Shown here one piece after another: positions 1 through 9,289 of a DNA stretch of 46,118 bases. This DNA is from a virus: IMG/VR virus record IMGVR_UViG_3300048848_000044, positions 1-46,118 of that record; one strand, given 5' to 3'. The notes beneath the pieces were generated by a model that worked only from the letters and a program-made list of their open reading frames with translations, was not told the origin of the DNA and made no database searches. A program made the position numbers and the translations under genes. Every line of letters begins with the position of its first letter. Positions within the stretch are counted from its first letter, which is position 1.

Positions 1-127
1 CGCCAATCCCGAGAGCGCCGCCAATCGAGTTTCCGATATCCGTTAGAAAGCTCATTAGAGCGCCCCATAATTGACAGTTTGGAAGCCACCGACGACGGGG
101 CCGAGAGCCCACGGGCGAATTTCGGCA
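1..127. repeat. Terminal direct repeat copy 1 (identical to 45992-46118); circular-closure overlap
   Basis: The first 127 nt are repeated exactly as the last 127 nt. The repeat runs through a minus-strand gene junction: the stop of gene 55-738 and the TAATG start of gene 44562-46046. Confidence 0.95.
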
Positions 128-738
128 ACTTCGTCAGCCATGACGCCGATGCGGATTTCCTCGTCCCCATGATAGCGGAAGGCGTAGAGCCCCAGCCCGT
201 CTTCGAAATCGGTAATGTGAGTGATATTGCGCTTCGTGCGGCGATCCGAGAAAATCGAAGCGATGCCGCCGACGGTCGACGCGATTGCGCCAGCGGTGGA
301 AGGGCCGGCGCCCGTGCTGGTTCCGGTCGACGTGTTGCCCGCGCCCGAAATAAGATTGCCGGCCTGGAGCCCGAGCCCCGAAAGGCCGGAAAGCTGCTGG
401 AGAAAATTTCCGAACATGCCGGAATTAAGCTCACTGCCCTTTTTCAAAAGAGCGTTTTGGGTCGCGCCGCTGTTCAAGAGCCCCCGGGCTGCGCCCTGGC
501 CGACGACGCCACGCTGCATATCCCGCAGAGCGGGCGCATATCCTGCCATTTGCTTGTAGTTGTCGAAAGCCGTCCCGGCCGCTCCCACGTCACCTTGACC
601 GCTCAAGAGTGCGGACAGGATATTCGTCGCGCCGTTGCCTTGCGCAATGACGGGGGAATAGGCATCGCGAATTTGCCCGAAAGCCTGATTGCTAGACGAG
701 CTGGTGGACTTCGCAGCCTTCGGCTTGAGGAAGGACAT
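55..738 (-). CDS. Appendage/tail-fibre-like protein: Gly/Ser/Ala-rich N-terminal part plus C-terminal peptidase S74 intramolecular-chaperone (autoproteolytic) domain
   Basis: 227-aa ORF. The last ~64 aa (IFSDRRTKRNITHITDFEDGLGLYAFRYHGDEEIRIGVMADEV...) carry the S-D-x-x-x-K start and hydrophobic pattern of endosialidase/tail-fibre chaperone domains. TAATG overlaps occur at both ends. Confidence 0.7.
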   Translation of the reverse strand: MSFLKPKAAKSTSSSSNQAFGQIRDAYSPVIAQGNGATNILSALLSGQGDVGAAGTAFDNYKQMAGYAPALRDMQRGVVGQGAARGLLNSGATQNALLKKGSELNSGMFGNFLQQLSGLSGLGLQAGNLISGAGNTSTGTSTGAGPSTAGAIASTVGGIASIFSDRRTKRNITHITDFEDGLGLYAFRYHGDEEIRIGVMADEVAEIRPWALGPVVGGFQTVNYGAL

Positions 739-1133
739 TATTCGGACCCCTTTAGGTTTTCACGGGTGATAAGGAAAATCTGGCAACGACCATGCTCGGT
801 TATCGTGTCGCCGCAGTACGTGGCGCCGATCCATCGGGCCATCAGCGCACTATCGCGCCGGCCGACGTAAACGAGCCCGTAGATTGCTTGGGCGTTGGTA
901 TCGCGAAAGACTTCGCGCATGGCTTCCCTGGTGTCGCGGATAGCCTGCCGGCCCTTCGTCGCGGTATGGAGCCAATGGAATTGAAAGACGGTTTCGCCCT
1001 CGCGCCCGAAGAGCATCACGTTGCCGTTGCGCACGATTGCGATATTCGCCGGGTCGGAGAGCCAACGGGCTCCATCCATTCCCCGGTTCATGGGGCTGCT
1101 GTTAATCAGCTCGGCAATCTGGTCATGCGTCAT
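738..1133 (-). CDS. Hypothetical protein in tail-fibre-associated position
   Basis: 131 aa from ATG 1133; the track ORF extends to a TTG at 1160. TAATG overlap with the downstream gene at 738. No motif recognised. Confidence 0.55.
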   Translation of the reverse strand: MTHDQIAELINSSPMNRGMDGARWLSDPANIAIVRNGNVMLFGREGETVFQFHWLHTATKGRQAIRDTREAMREVFRDTNAQAIYGLVYVGRRDSALMARWIGATYCGDTITEHGRCQIFLITRENLKGSE

Positions 1134-1240
1134 GGCGTTTGCGTCTTCGCGGCGGTCCAAGGGCTCCGCATGACCTATGACACAAGCGCACTATGGCGGG
1201 GGAGCCCGAGCTATATGCCCGAAGCTCCCCGGCCGGTCAA

Positions 1241-4200
1241 CTAGGTGTGCTTGAACCCCATAAGGTGGAGGTTTTCGACTACGTTTTGCGGGGGTTGCAC
1301 TTGGCTGGCAACGTAATGAACCCCGATGCGATCCGCAGCACCGACGAAATCAGCGAAGGGGACCGACTGGATAAGCGTCCAATACTTGTTATTCCGGCCT
1401 ATCCAGAAAAACATCGTAGTCCCGTCGCCGCTTATACGCATCCAAAGAGGCCAATCGGGCACCGGACGCCCTGTTTCGGTATAGGAACCGTTGAAGTTAC
1501 CCACACTATTCCACCGAAGGCAAGTCCAACCCCGGGTTTCGGCCCAACCAAGGCCGCATGTCACCATTCGGCCACTACCCGAGTTGCGGCAGTATACGCC
1601 GATATTCTGGAATTGGCGTTGGATATTCTGGCCGACGATTAGAGCGCTAAAATCGAAAGTAAGGCTAGCAATCGGCCGTTCCAATAGTGCGGTGCGGTCC
1701 GAAGCCGGATTGCCCCCCACGCCGACTTCCATATGCAAGCCGTCGTCTTCGTCGTGCAAGGTGACGGCGAAATCATTGATGTTTTTGACGACGGTAAAAT
1801 CAGACGCTTTAGGAATTCCAGAGACGCCGCCCGTCCACCATGGAACCGGGTCGCCCCCGCCCGATCCCCCGCCGCCGATAGATTTCGGCCCGTTGATATA
1901 CCACGCGCCATAGACGGCGCCCTGATAGACGGGGAAGCTGCCGACGACGTTGCCCTGATACTCGGCAGTGGTGTGCAAAATCGCGCCACGGTGATTACCG
2001 CCGTCATTTGTGATAAGGTCGATAATCTGATTTTCGGCAGCTTGGACCGTCACCACGCCATCGTTGTCGTTTTCGGCCGCGAAAACCGTTAGCGAGCTAG
2101 CGGGGACCGGGGATTGATCCAAACCAATCGAATACGGATTTCCATTTCCCGGCTCTAGCGCGCCGCCCTTATAGCTGGTGACGCTGGCGCAGTTTTCGGC
2201 TTCGTAAATGACGCAAAATTGGTTGTCGGTTGCGCTAAGCGCCCACGTTGTTTCATCGCCAACCGCTCGCTTAGCGTAGCACCGGACGATGTTATTACTG
2301 TCCCCTTGGAAAGACGAAACTAAGCCGAAGCCCGGGGGCACGTAGAGCCCGCCGCCGAAACCGCCCACGACGAAAACAAGCATATTCCCGGCCGTTGCCA
2401 TAGCCGGCAGCGTCAAATTGCCGTCGTTCCGCAGCGAGGCTTTTTGCTTGATCGACGGGGATACAGCCGAGCCGCCGCCTCCACCCCCGGCCGTCCCGTC
2501 GTCAAATTCGATTTGCAAATTACTATGCTGGTTCGGCAAGCCTCCTTCCAACCCGCGCAGGGACAAGGTTCCACCGCTTTCTTGGGCGACGACAACCGTA
2601 AAATAATCCCCGGGTACGCAATCGACCCAGCTCGAAATTGCAGTGTCGCCGGTTTGCCAAGCATTACCGTTGGATACCTGGACAAACGTATCGCCTTGCA
2701 ATTGGGAATTCTTGGCGAAACCTAGATAACGGTTCGCGCTACCGTTGCCCTGCCATACCATGAACGCCGTGAGCCTCGCGCGGGTTACGTTCGGCGGTAC
2801 GAAAATCTTTGTCGGTTCCGCTGCACTCCACGCGCTCAAATCATCCCGGATTTCGGTATCGAAGGGCACGGGCGTCCAAGTGTTATGCGCGACGGGTAAA
2901 TCCGCCACTCGGGAAACTTGGACAAGCGGCGGAACCCAAGAGCCGCTACCGCCCCCACCGCCTCCCCCACCGCCTCCGGTTTGGTCGGCCCAAGCAAAAT
3001 GACCGTCCGCAGCCGAAGCCTTGACCGGAACTTGCCCGGTATCCCCGCCCGACGGCAAAAGGTAATACTTATTCGACGGCGGGACGTAAGCGGGGCTCGT
3101 CACCACTTCGGTAATCGTCGGATAAGTGAGCCCGGCGAAGGACCACGCGGTTGTCCAGGTTATACCGTCGTCGGAATATCGGATATTGCCGGCAAGCGGG
3201 CGCTCGTCGGTTTCGTAAGACGGATGAACCTGGATCGCGACTTGGGTAACGGAAACAGGCTCGTCATAATGGAAGCCAACCCATAGCGTCCCGGGGCCGG
3301 TGTTGTCCTGGTTTTGGCTTTCCCATACGCTTTCCCCGTTCCCGTCGAACGCGAGAGCCGCGACGTTGCCGCCGTAATTGCCGCCCTGGATAGCCGTCCC
3401 AACGGAAGGAATGCGCGGCCCTCCCGGAGTAGCGCGGAAAATCAGCTCCGCAACGAGAGCATATCGGCCGTCGCCTTGCTGCGTCGACTGTAGGGACCAA
3501 TAGGCGTGCTTGCCGTAGGGCTGGGAAACTCCGGGATTGCCCCCGAGCCCGTTCGCCGGGTCGACCCAAGCCGGCGCATCCGTCTGATATTCAATGACGT
3601 TGCCGGGCGCTGCTCCGGACGGGAGCCCGCCGCCCCCACCGCCACCCCCGGGGCCGGGAACCCACATGCCGAGCGCGTCACTCCAAACGAGCGCTTCCCC
3701 GTCTTCCGGCTGTTCGTCGGCCACGTTGTTCAACGCCGAGAGCATCACCGGATAATAATTGGTCATCGCCCCAATATTGGGGTTCGTGAAAACTTTCGTC
3801 TGCGCGTTCGTCGTCCATTCGGCGTCCGCAACGAGCCACATGGTTTCCCAAACAAGCCCGTCGTCGGAACAACGCACTTCGAAGACTTCCGGGGAGCCGC
3901 CGACGCTATCGCCGCCGTCCCGAAGCTTAATCATCACTTCTTGAACGGTAATGGGATCGTCGTAGTTGTATTGGATCGTCGAAGCGCTGGTGCCGGCAGT
4001 GTGCCAGAAAGTCCCCGCGTTATTGTCGAAGGCTTTCGAAGCGAAACCGTCGCCTAGAACACTGCTCGCGCTCGCCACGCCGGGGCCGACAAGCTGGGGA
4101 ACGCCGGGCGTCGTGCGGAATTGGATTTCCGCGAGCATGATAGACGTGTTGGGATTGCCGGACTTATTCGAGAGAATATTGAGCTGCCAGATTTTCCGGG

Positions 4201-4609
4201 GTTGCGATCCGGCCGCATAGTATCCCGACGGGCCGACTTCGGTAGGCTCGACATTTCCACCGCCCGCGCTCTGTCCAGGCTTGAACATGCCGGTTTCATC
4301 ATCGAAAACGAGCGTGTCGCCCGGCTCGGGCGGCGTCGAGAAATCTACGTCGTTCAAGTCGTCCAGGCTGGCGTCTAGCGTCAACGTGCGATCCGAGCCG
4401 AGCGTGCCACCCCCGGAAAGGCCATTGCCGGCGATGATCGAGCGCAGCGCGGCCCAATCGGCAATCGCTTGCTCGACTTGTTCGGCCGTGACGCCCTTCG
4501 AAATGTCGAGCTGCCGCGCCTGCGCCCACCGGATGAAATATTCCGTAGGCCGGCCGTCGGCGCCGACAATGGGGAACTGCTGGCTTAGGGGCTGGGATTT
4601 GCCGGCCAT
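1241..4609 (-). CDS. Tail fibre / receptor-binding protein, multidomain, with two F5/8-type-C (discoidin)-like domains
   Basis: 1122-aa ORF. Two N-terminal L-x-x-L-N-[DN]-V...G-[DE]-x-L-V-[FW]...G-M-[FW]-x-PG boxes. Discoidin-like signatures AFDNNAGTFW...EVRCSDDGLVWET (aa ~138-275) and AFDGNGESVW...NIRYSDDGITWTT (aa ~367-505). Four Gly-run linkers. Jelly-roll-like C-terminal modules. Confidence 0.85.
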   Translation of the reverse strand: MAGKSQPLSQQFPIVGADGRPTEYFIRWAQARQLDISKGVTAEQVEQAIADWAALRSIIAGNGLSGGGTLGSDRTLTLDASLDDLNDVDFSTPPEPGDTLVFDDETGMFKPGQSAGGGNVEPTEVGPSGYYAAGSQPRKIWQLNILSNKSGNPNTSIMLAEIQFRTTPGVPQLVGPGVASASSVLGDGFASKAFDNNAGTFWHTAGTSASTIQYNYDDPITVQEVMIKLRDGGDSVGGSPEVFEVRCSDDGLVWETMWLVADAEWTTNAQTKVFTNPNIGAMTNYYPVMLSALNNVADEQPEDGEALVWSDALGMWVPGPGGGGGGGGLPSGAAPGNVIEYQTDAPAWVDPANGLGGNPGVSQPYGKHAYWSLQSTQQGDGRYALVAELIFRATPGGPRIPSVGTAIQGGNYGGNVAALAFDGNGESVWESQNQDNTGPGTLWVGFHYDEPVSVTQVAIQVHPSYETDERPLAGNIRYSDDGITWTTAWSFAGLTYPTITEVVTSPAYVPPSNKYYLLPSGGDTGQVPVKASAADGHFAWADQTGGGGGGGGGGSGSWVPPLVQVSRVADLPVAHNTWTPVPFDTEIRDDLSAWSAAEPTKIFVPPNVTRARLTAFMVWQGNGSANRYLGFAKNSQLQGDTFVQVSNGNAWQTGDTAISSWVDCVPGDYFTVVVAQESGGTLSLRGLEGGLPNQHSNLQIEFDDGTAGGGGGGSAVSPSIKQKASLRNDGNLTLPAMATAGNMLVFVVGGFGGGLYVPPGFGLVSSFQGDSNNIVRCYAKRAVGDETTWALSATDNQFCVIYEAENCASVTSYKGGALEPGNGNPYSIGLDQSPVPASSLTVFAAENDNDGVVTVQAAENQIIDLITNDGGNHRGAILHTTAEYQGNVVGSFPVYQGAVYGAWYINGPKSIGGGGSGGGDPVPWWTGGVSGIPKASDFTVVKNINDFAVTLHDEDDGLHMEVGVGGNPASDRTALLERPIASLTFDFSALIVGQNIQRQFQNIGVYCRNSGSGRMVTCGLGWAETRGWTCLRWNSVGNFNGSYTETGRPVPDWPLWMRISGDGTTMFFWIGRNNKYWTLIQSVPFADFVGAADRIGVHYVASQVQPPQNVVENLHLMGFKHT

Positions 4610-5457
4610 TACTTGGCTTCCGAATTCGGGTTGATATCGAGGCTATCGACGCGGGCGAACGCGCCGTTATCCGTAACGCGGAAGAGCCGGCCGGGAGCGC
4701 GCACGAGCCCGAGATTGCGCCAGGAAAATTCCTGCTCGTAATCACCTTCGACGGCAGTGTGCGTCACTTCGGCTTTGACATAAGTATGCCCCTGGTCATC
4801 CGAGTATTCGAGCGTGACGATATTTTGCGGCGTCGCCGGCTCCCCCAGGCTGGCCGTCAGGTAGACGCCGAAGACTTGAACGGTATCGCGTCCCCGGGCC
4901 GGGATTTGCGCCATGGACACGCGCGGAAAGGTCCGGGGCTCATCGTCGATATGGCTCCCGTCGGTCCCGCGATCCGGGTTGAGAACCCAAAGCGTGCCCG
5001 AGCTGTCATCCCCTACGATGACGTTGCTGCCGAACGTGCCCGGGATCGTTCCCGAGCTATCCCAATTCATGCCGACGGTTGCACGCCACCCGGGAAGGTC
5101 GCCGGTCGACCACCAGGACCATTGCTTGGTCGTCAGGTCATAGACGAGCGTTTTGCCTCCCGTGCCGAGCTTGAGGACGAAGAATTCGTGCCCGTCGAGC
5201 GTGAAGCCCCAAGCGCGCAGCTTAGGCGACGTGATCCGGCCTTTCGCCACGGCCAGGACCGCCGCTTGGCTGACGTGCATTTGCTGGGATACCCGGCGCT
5301 GGACGAAATTCACCGCCGCTTGCGTGACCTGAATTTCATCGGCGGGGATATTGTAGACGGCAAGCGAAATCCCCTGAAAGACGTTCAGCTTTTGCGACGA
5401 TTGCCGAACGACTGCAAAGGTACGGGATTGCTCGACGCGAATTTCAGGGGTCGCCAT
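4609..5457 (-). CDS. Virion (tail) structural protein, function unknown
   Basis: 282 aa from ATG 5457. TAATG overlap with the tail fibre start. Lies inside the tail module. Confidence 0.6.
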   Translation of the reverse strand: MATPEIRVEQSRTFAVVRQSSQKLNVFQGISLAVYNIPADEIQVTQAAVNFVQRRVSQQMHVSQAAVLAVAKGRITSPKLRAWGFTLDGHEFFVLKLGTGGKTLVYDLTTKQWSWWSTGDLPGWRATVGMNWDSSGTIPGTFGSNVIVGDDSSGTLWVLNPDRGTDGSHIDDEPRTFPRVSMAQIPARGRDTVQVFGVYLTASLGEPATPQNIVTLEYSDDQGHTYVKAEVTHTAVEGDYEQEFSWRNLGLVRAPGRLFRVTDNGAFARVDSLDINPNSEAK

Positions 5458-5459
5458 AA

Positions 5460-6536
5460 TTAAGCCGTCCGGTTGAGCTGGAGCCGAGCCGCGTTGACCG
5501 CCGCAGGAAGCCACCGGGCTCCCGTCTTCGGGTCAATCTCGAACACGTCGCGCCAGTAGGTTTGAGCGACGGTGATCGGGCGGGTTTCGCCTACTGCCGT
5601 CACCGGGCCGGCTCCAGGGCTGGAGATAAGGCCCGTCTGCAAGAAACCGTCGCCGCCGTCGCTCTTCGCCGCGCGAACGTAGGACACGAGAGCCCGCACG
5701 CTGGTAACTTCGTCGGGGAGGTTCGTCATTTCCGCGACGTAGGGCGCCGGCAACGGCAAGTCTTCCGCGAACAGATATTGCGCGTTGTTCGGCGGCGAGT
5801 TGTCCAGGATCGAAAACCCGTTGGCAGCTCCGAACGGCGTCCAGTTAAGCGACACGTCCGCCGACGGGATTAGCGTCGCCACCAGGACCGAGCCCAAGAA
5901 ATCGTTATTCTCGCTGCCGGCGCCGTCCCAAACGACGAAATCCTTGACCCAGTAAAGGACCGTGGGACCGCCGAAGTTATTCGAGTTGCCGAAGCTCGTC
6001 TGCGCAATCTGCGGCGAGCAAGGGATTTGCGGGGTTTCCATGACCGCGCGGCCTTCCACGCGAACTTCGGCGCTAAGCTGCGCCGGGGCGCCGGCCTGAA
6101 CGTCCCACCGGACTTCAATGTGATACCAACCCTTGGCCGTCAGCACGGGGGTTGCCGTCATCGAAATCAAGTTGTCGTTCGGGTCCATGAACGCGATAGC
6201 GCCGGTCGGCGTCACCCGCAAAAAGCCCATCGTATCATTTGCCGCATTGCGGGCGAAAGCGAGCATTGGCGTCGCGACTAAATCGACGGGAAGCGTGTTC
6301 ATCCAGAGACGGAACGCAACGCCCATGCTCGTCACGCCGCCGTTCTGGAGAACGTAGCGAATATCCGTGATCGACGTATTGTTGCCGCCGACTTGGCACC
6401 GCAGCGCTTTGCCCGCCGTGATGCCGTCGGGATCATCGTTGATTTCGACCGGACCGACTTGGGCGTAGACGCCTTCCAGCATCCGAGCGGTTTCGCCCCC
6501 ATAGACGGAAAAATTATCAGCGTGAAGGATCGACAT
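5460..6536 (-). CDS. Virion (tail) structural protein, function unknown
   Basis: 358-aa ORF, tightly packed between the hub-like gene and the 282-aa gene. Beta-rich composition. Confidence 0.6.
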   Translation of the reverse strand: MSILHADNFSVYGGETARMLEGVYAQVGPVEINDDPDGITAGKALRCQVGGNNTSITDIRYVLQNGGVTSMGVAFRLWMNTLPVDLVATPMLAFARNAANDTMGFLRVTPTGAIAFMDPNDNLISMTATPVLTAKGWYHIEVRWDVQAGAPAQLSAEVRVEGRAVMETPQIPCSPQIAQTSFGNSNNFGGPTVLYWVKDFVVWDGAGSENNDFLGSVLVATLIPSADVSLNWTPFGAANGFSILDNSPPNNAQYLFAEDLPLPAPYVAEMTNLPDEVTSVRALVSYVRAAKSDGGDGFLQTGLISSPGAGPVTAVGETRPITVAQTYWRDVFEIDPKTGARWLPAAVNAARLQLNRTA

Positions 6537-6547
6537 TCGATTTCCCC

Positions 6548-7816
6548 TTAAGGTGCGATATAGCTGGTGGAAGCGGCGATGGCCCGGCGAATTTCTTCCG
6601 ATATGTCTGGCGTCGAAATCAGCTCCGGAGAGCCGCCGCGCATAGCGAAAACGCCGCCGTTATTGTCGACGAGAATTAGCGTCTCGTTCATGGCGGTTGC
6701 CGTGCTTTCCCACGAGCCCCGGTCCAGGACCGCGCCTTGCAGCCGAAGCATCGGCGTATCCAGGTCGCCCGACGGATACCACACTTCGGTCGTGCTTTCG
6801 CCGGTCAGCCAAAATTGATCGCCAAAAACTTCGACGCCGGTAAGGCCATCAGGCGAGCGCTCGGCCGTCGCATAATTGAACGGGTCCACAACGATTTCAC
6901 CCGGCTCAATCCAGTAGAACCGGCCGCGATAGCCTTCGATCTGCGCGGGGATGACGATCACGTAGGACGAGATAACCACCACGTCCACGGCGCCGATTTC
7001 GTCGGGCATCAGGACTTGCGTAACCGACGGAAGCCCGCCGCCCACCAGGAAGCCCGGGTTCGACCAATTGAGGCCGGCGCCGGTTTCTGACACGACGATA
7101 TTGTTTCCGTTGCCCCCGTTCAGTCGAGCCACGACGGTCATTTCGTTTGTCGTGTAGCTCACGGCGCGCACGTCGGCATTCTCGACAACGCCCGTCGAAT
7201 AATTCGAGCCGGGAATTCCGCTGTCATTGATCGCCTGCGCCAGCCACGTAAACGACTGGACCGACGAAAGCCCCAACGTCACCTTCCACGGGTTCGCTTG
7301 CGTGCCGTCGGGCGCCCCCACGTCGGTCCCGCCGTTCGTGAACGTGTAATAGCTCGCCCCGATGCGGATAACGTCCCCATTGGCCGGAACGCCCTGGAGC
7401 GTGTTCTTCGCGTACCCGTTGCCGGTGTAGACGTAGAGCCCCGCGCCGTCCGCAATGAACAGATATTCCGGCGTGTCCCCGAGCTGCGCCGTTGCCGCCA
7501 TGCTGACGGTTCCCTGCGGCGGGGACTTCAAGCCGGCGTAAATCATCGTGCCGGCGCGCTGATTTGTCATCCGGTAGATTTCATCGCCGGAGGCAACGAA
7601 CAGGTCGCCATTGAACGAGCCGGCTTCCGACTGCATCCCCCGGATAGGGCCGGCGCCGAGCTTCGCCAGCGGAACCATTCCCGGCCGGGCGATAAGAGCG
7701 GCGCCGTCTTCGGACAGGAAAGGGTTTTTCTCGAAATACCGATTGCGCTGGACAAGCGCACCCGCACCGGCAACGCGGCGGCGGAAATCGCTGGTAACGA
7801 AATTGACCCTGGCCAT
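6548..7816 (-). CDS. Tail hub / packaged-DNA stabilisation protein (P22 gp10-like)
   Basis: 422 aa from ATG 7816 (TAATG overlap). The N-terminal pattern QRNRYFEKNP..ALIARPGMVPLAKLGAGPIRGM..GDLFVASGDEIYRM resembles the Phage_stabilise/gp10 family as I recall it. It follows the gp4-like genes. Confidence 0.5.
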   Translation of the reverse strand: MARVNFVTSDFRRRVAGAGALVQRNRYFEKNPFLSEDGAALIARPGMVPLAKLGAGPIRGMQSEAGSFNGDLFVASGDEIYRMTNQRAGTMIYAGLKSPPQGTVSMAATAQLGDTPEYLFIADGAGLYVYTGNGYAKNTLQGVPANGDVIRIGASYYTFTNGGTDVGAPDGTQANPWKVTLGLSSVQSFTWLAQAINDSGIPGSNYSTGVVENADVRAVSYTTNEMTVVARLNGGNGNNIVVSETGAGLNWSNPGFLVGGGLPSVTQVLMPDEIGAVDVVVISSYVIVIPAQIEGYRGRFYWIEPGEIVVDPFNYATAERSPDGLTGVEVFGDQFWLTGESTTEVWYPSGDLDTPMLRLQGAVLDRGSWESTATAMNETLILVDNNGGVFAMRGGSPELISTPDISEEIRRAIAASTSYIAP

Positions 7817-8571
7817 TAGATGACCCTCCCACGGTTCCAACCGGCCGTGCTGCCTCCGGACCAATCGCCGGTAATCCCGTTATCGAAAGACTGCCGGGAC
7901 ATGAAAGCGATATCCGGGTTGATTTCGAGCGGCGACGACTGGAGATAGCGGGCAACGAATTGCTGCCGCATTTCTCCGAGCATACCGGCCTGCGCTTGGC
8001 TGATCCCGTCCCGAGCATAAACGGGGTTGAGCCGCATCGCCAAAAGAAGGACGAACATTTCGTCGAATTCTTCGGGGAACGGCATCGGGTCGGTAATCAG
8101 AAGCGGCGCGATCCGGACCCAAGCGGACAGGTCGGCGCGGTAGAACCAAACGGGGTTCGCGCCGTTCGTCTCGACGACTTGCTGCATTTGGCCGTCCACC
8201 GCCCGGCCGTTGCCCGTTACAGTGATCGGGAACGCTTGCAGACGATTGAAAGGGTCGGAGATACCGACGCGAGCCCCGTCGCTCGGGGACGGCGGCAGAT
8301 AGACGGTTAGCGGCGCCTCATTCGATGCGATCAGCATAGAATTCTGCGGAATGCGATCAAAGCAATCGAACTGCACCGGGTCTTTCACGCCGACGTTGCC
8401 AAGCGGGAAAGGCGTCAAGCTCTCCCCGGCGCTGGTTCCGTAGAGGAATTTCACCAACGTACTTAGAGTGGTCATCGCCCGCGTCGTCTGCGTAGGCGTG
8501 GCGTGCTGCAATTCGCTGGTCAGGGCCGCTTCGAAAAAGCCACGCTCGATAATTTCAGCTACCGCCGTCAT
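7816..8571 (-). CDS. Head-to-tail adaptor-like protein, paralog 2 (P22 gp4-like termini with central insertion)
   Basis: 251 aa. Clear paralog of the 226-aa neighbour: LPPSPSDGARVGISDP...VWFYRADLSAWVRIAPL...MPFPEEFDEMFVLLLAMRLNPVYA versus LDPLPQDGQRFSVVDA...QWFYRSDVASWVLIAPL...MPFPEDFDDFFIIGLAFRLNPRHG. Confidence 0.5.
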   Translation of the reverse strand: MTAVAEIIERGFFEAALTSELQHATPTQTTRAMTTLSTLVKFLYGTSAGESLTPFPLGNVGVKDPVQFDCFDRIPQNSMLIASNEAPLTVYLPPSPSDGARVGISDPFNRLQAFPITVTGNGRAVDGQMQQVVETNGANPVWFYRADLSAWVRIAPLLITDPMPFPEEFDEMFVLLLAMRLNPVYARDGISQAQAGMLGEMRQQFVARYLQSSPLEINPDIAFMSRQSFDNGITGDWSGGSTAGWNRGRVI

Positions 8572-8583
8572 GGGGAAAATTCC

Positions 8584-9264
8584 TTACTGCGCCGGGGCCG
8601 GGATCGTCCGGAGCCGCGATTGGGTGTAACGCTCGATAAACTGCTGGTGTTGCTGATCGAGGCGGGCTTTGCTTTCCGCCGAGAGCGCAACGCCGTGGCG
8701 GGGGTTCAGACGGAAGGCGAGCCCGATAATGAAAAAGTCGTCGAAATCCTCCGGGAAGGGCATTTCGGTTTCTGGCGTCAGCGGCGCGATCAGAACCCAG
8801 CTCGCCACGTCCGATCGGTAGAACCACTGGAGCGAAACGCCGGCTTGCTCGACGACAATCGGACCCGTCTGGCCGTTGATTTTCCGGCCGTTGGGATCGA
8901 GCGTGAGCTTGTTCGTGTCGAAGGTGCCGTTGGCGTCCACGACGGAAAACCGCTGCCCGTCCTGCGGGAGAGGATCGAGCTTAAACGTGGTCGGCTGCGA
9001 AAGCGTCATAATCAGACGCGAATTCGGCCGCACCGTGAAATCGTCGATAGACGGAAGGGGAACCCCGTTTGGCCGCGTCACCGACGCCGAACCCACGTTC
9101 CAATCCTCCATGATATAGCCCACGTCGTTTCCGAGCGTGGACAACACGAGCGCCTGGAGACGCCGAAGCGCCTCCGCTTGCTCGCCGGGGGATGGCTGCG
9201 CGGTGATCGCGATAAGGTTGGTTTCCCGCATCGCGTCGGTAATAATGTCGGCAGCTTTGGTCAT
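8584..9264 (-). CDS. Head-to-tail adaptor-like protein, paralog 1 (P22 gp4-like termini with central insertion)
   Basis: 226 aa. The N-terminal helix (ADIITDAMRETNLIA..SPGEQAEALRRLQALV) and C-terminal helix (GLAFRLNPRHG) resemble P22 gp4 as recalled from memory. Lies downstream of the capsid genes. Confidence 0.5.
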   Translation of the reverse strand: MTKAADIITDAMRETNLIAITAQPSPGEQAEALRRLQALVLSTLGNDVGYIMEDWNVGSASVTRPNGVPLPSIDDFTVRPNSRLIMTLSQPTTFKLDPLPQDGQRFSVVDANGTFDTNKLTLDPNGRKINGQTGPIVVEQAGVSLQWFYRSDVASWVLIAPLTPETEMPFPEDFDDFFIIGLAFRLNPRHGVALSAESKARLDQQHQQFIERYTQSRLRTIPAPAQ

Positions 9265-9289
9265 TGGGGGTTCCCCTAGTCGTCCAGGA

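Noticed and set aside
1199-1232. GGGGAGC...GCTCCCC 7-bp stem downstream of the tail fibre gene, considered as a terminator
   Set aside because: The loop is 18-19 nt and no U tract follows on the minus strand. It may fold in RNA, but the evidence for termination is weak.
1850-3660. Poly-Gly-encoding C/G-rich tracts in the tail fibre considered as slipped-strand phase-variation sites
   Set aside because: The homopolymer runs are 6 nt or less and are interrupted by other bases (GGN codon mixtures). They are better explained as flexible inter-domain linkers.
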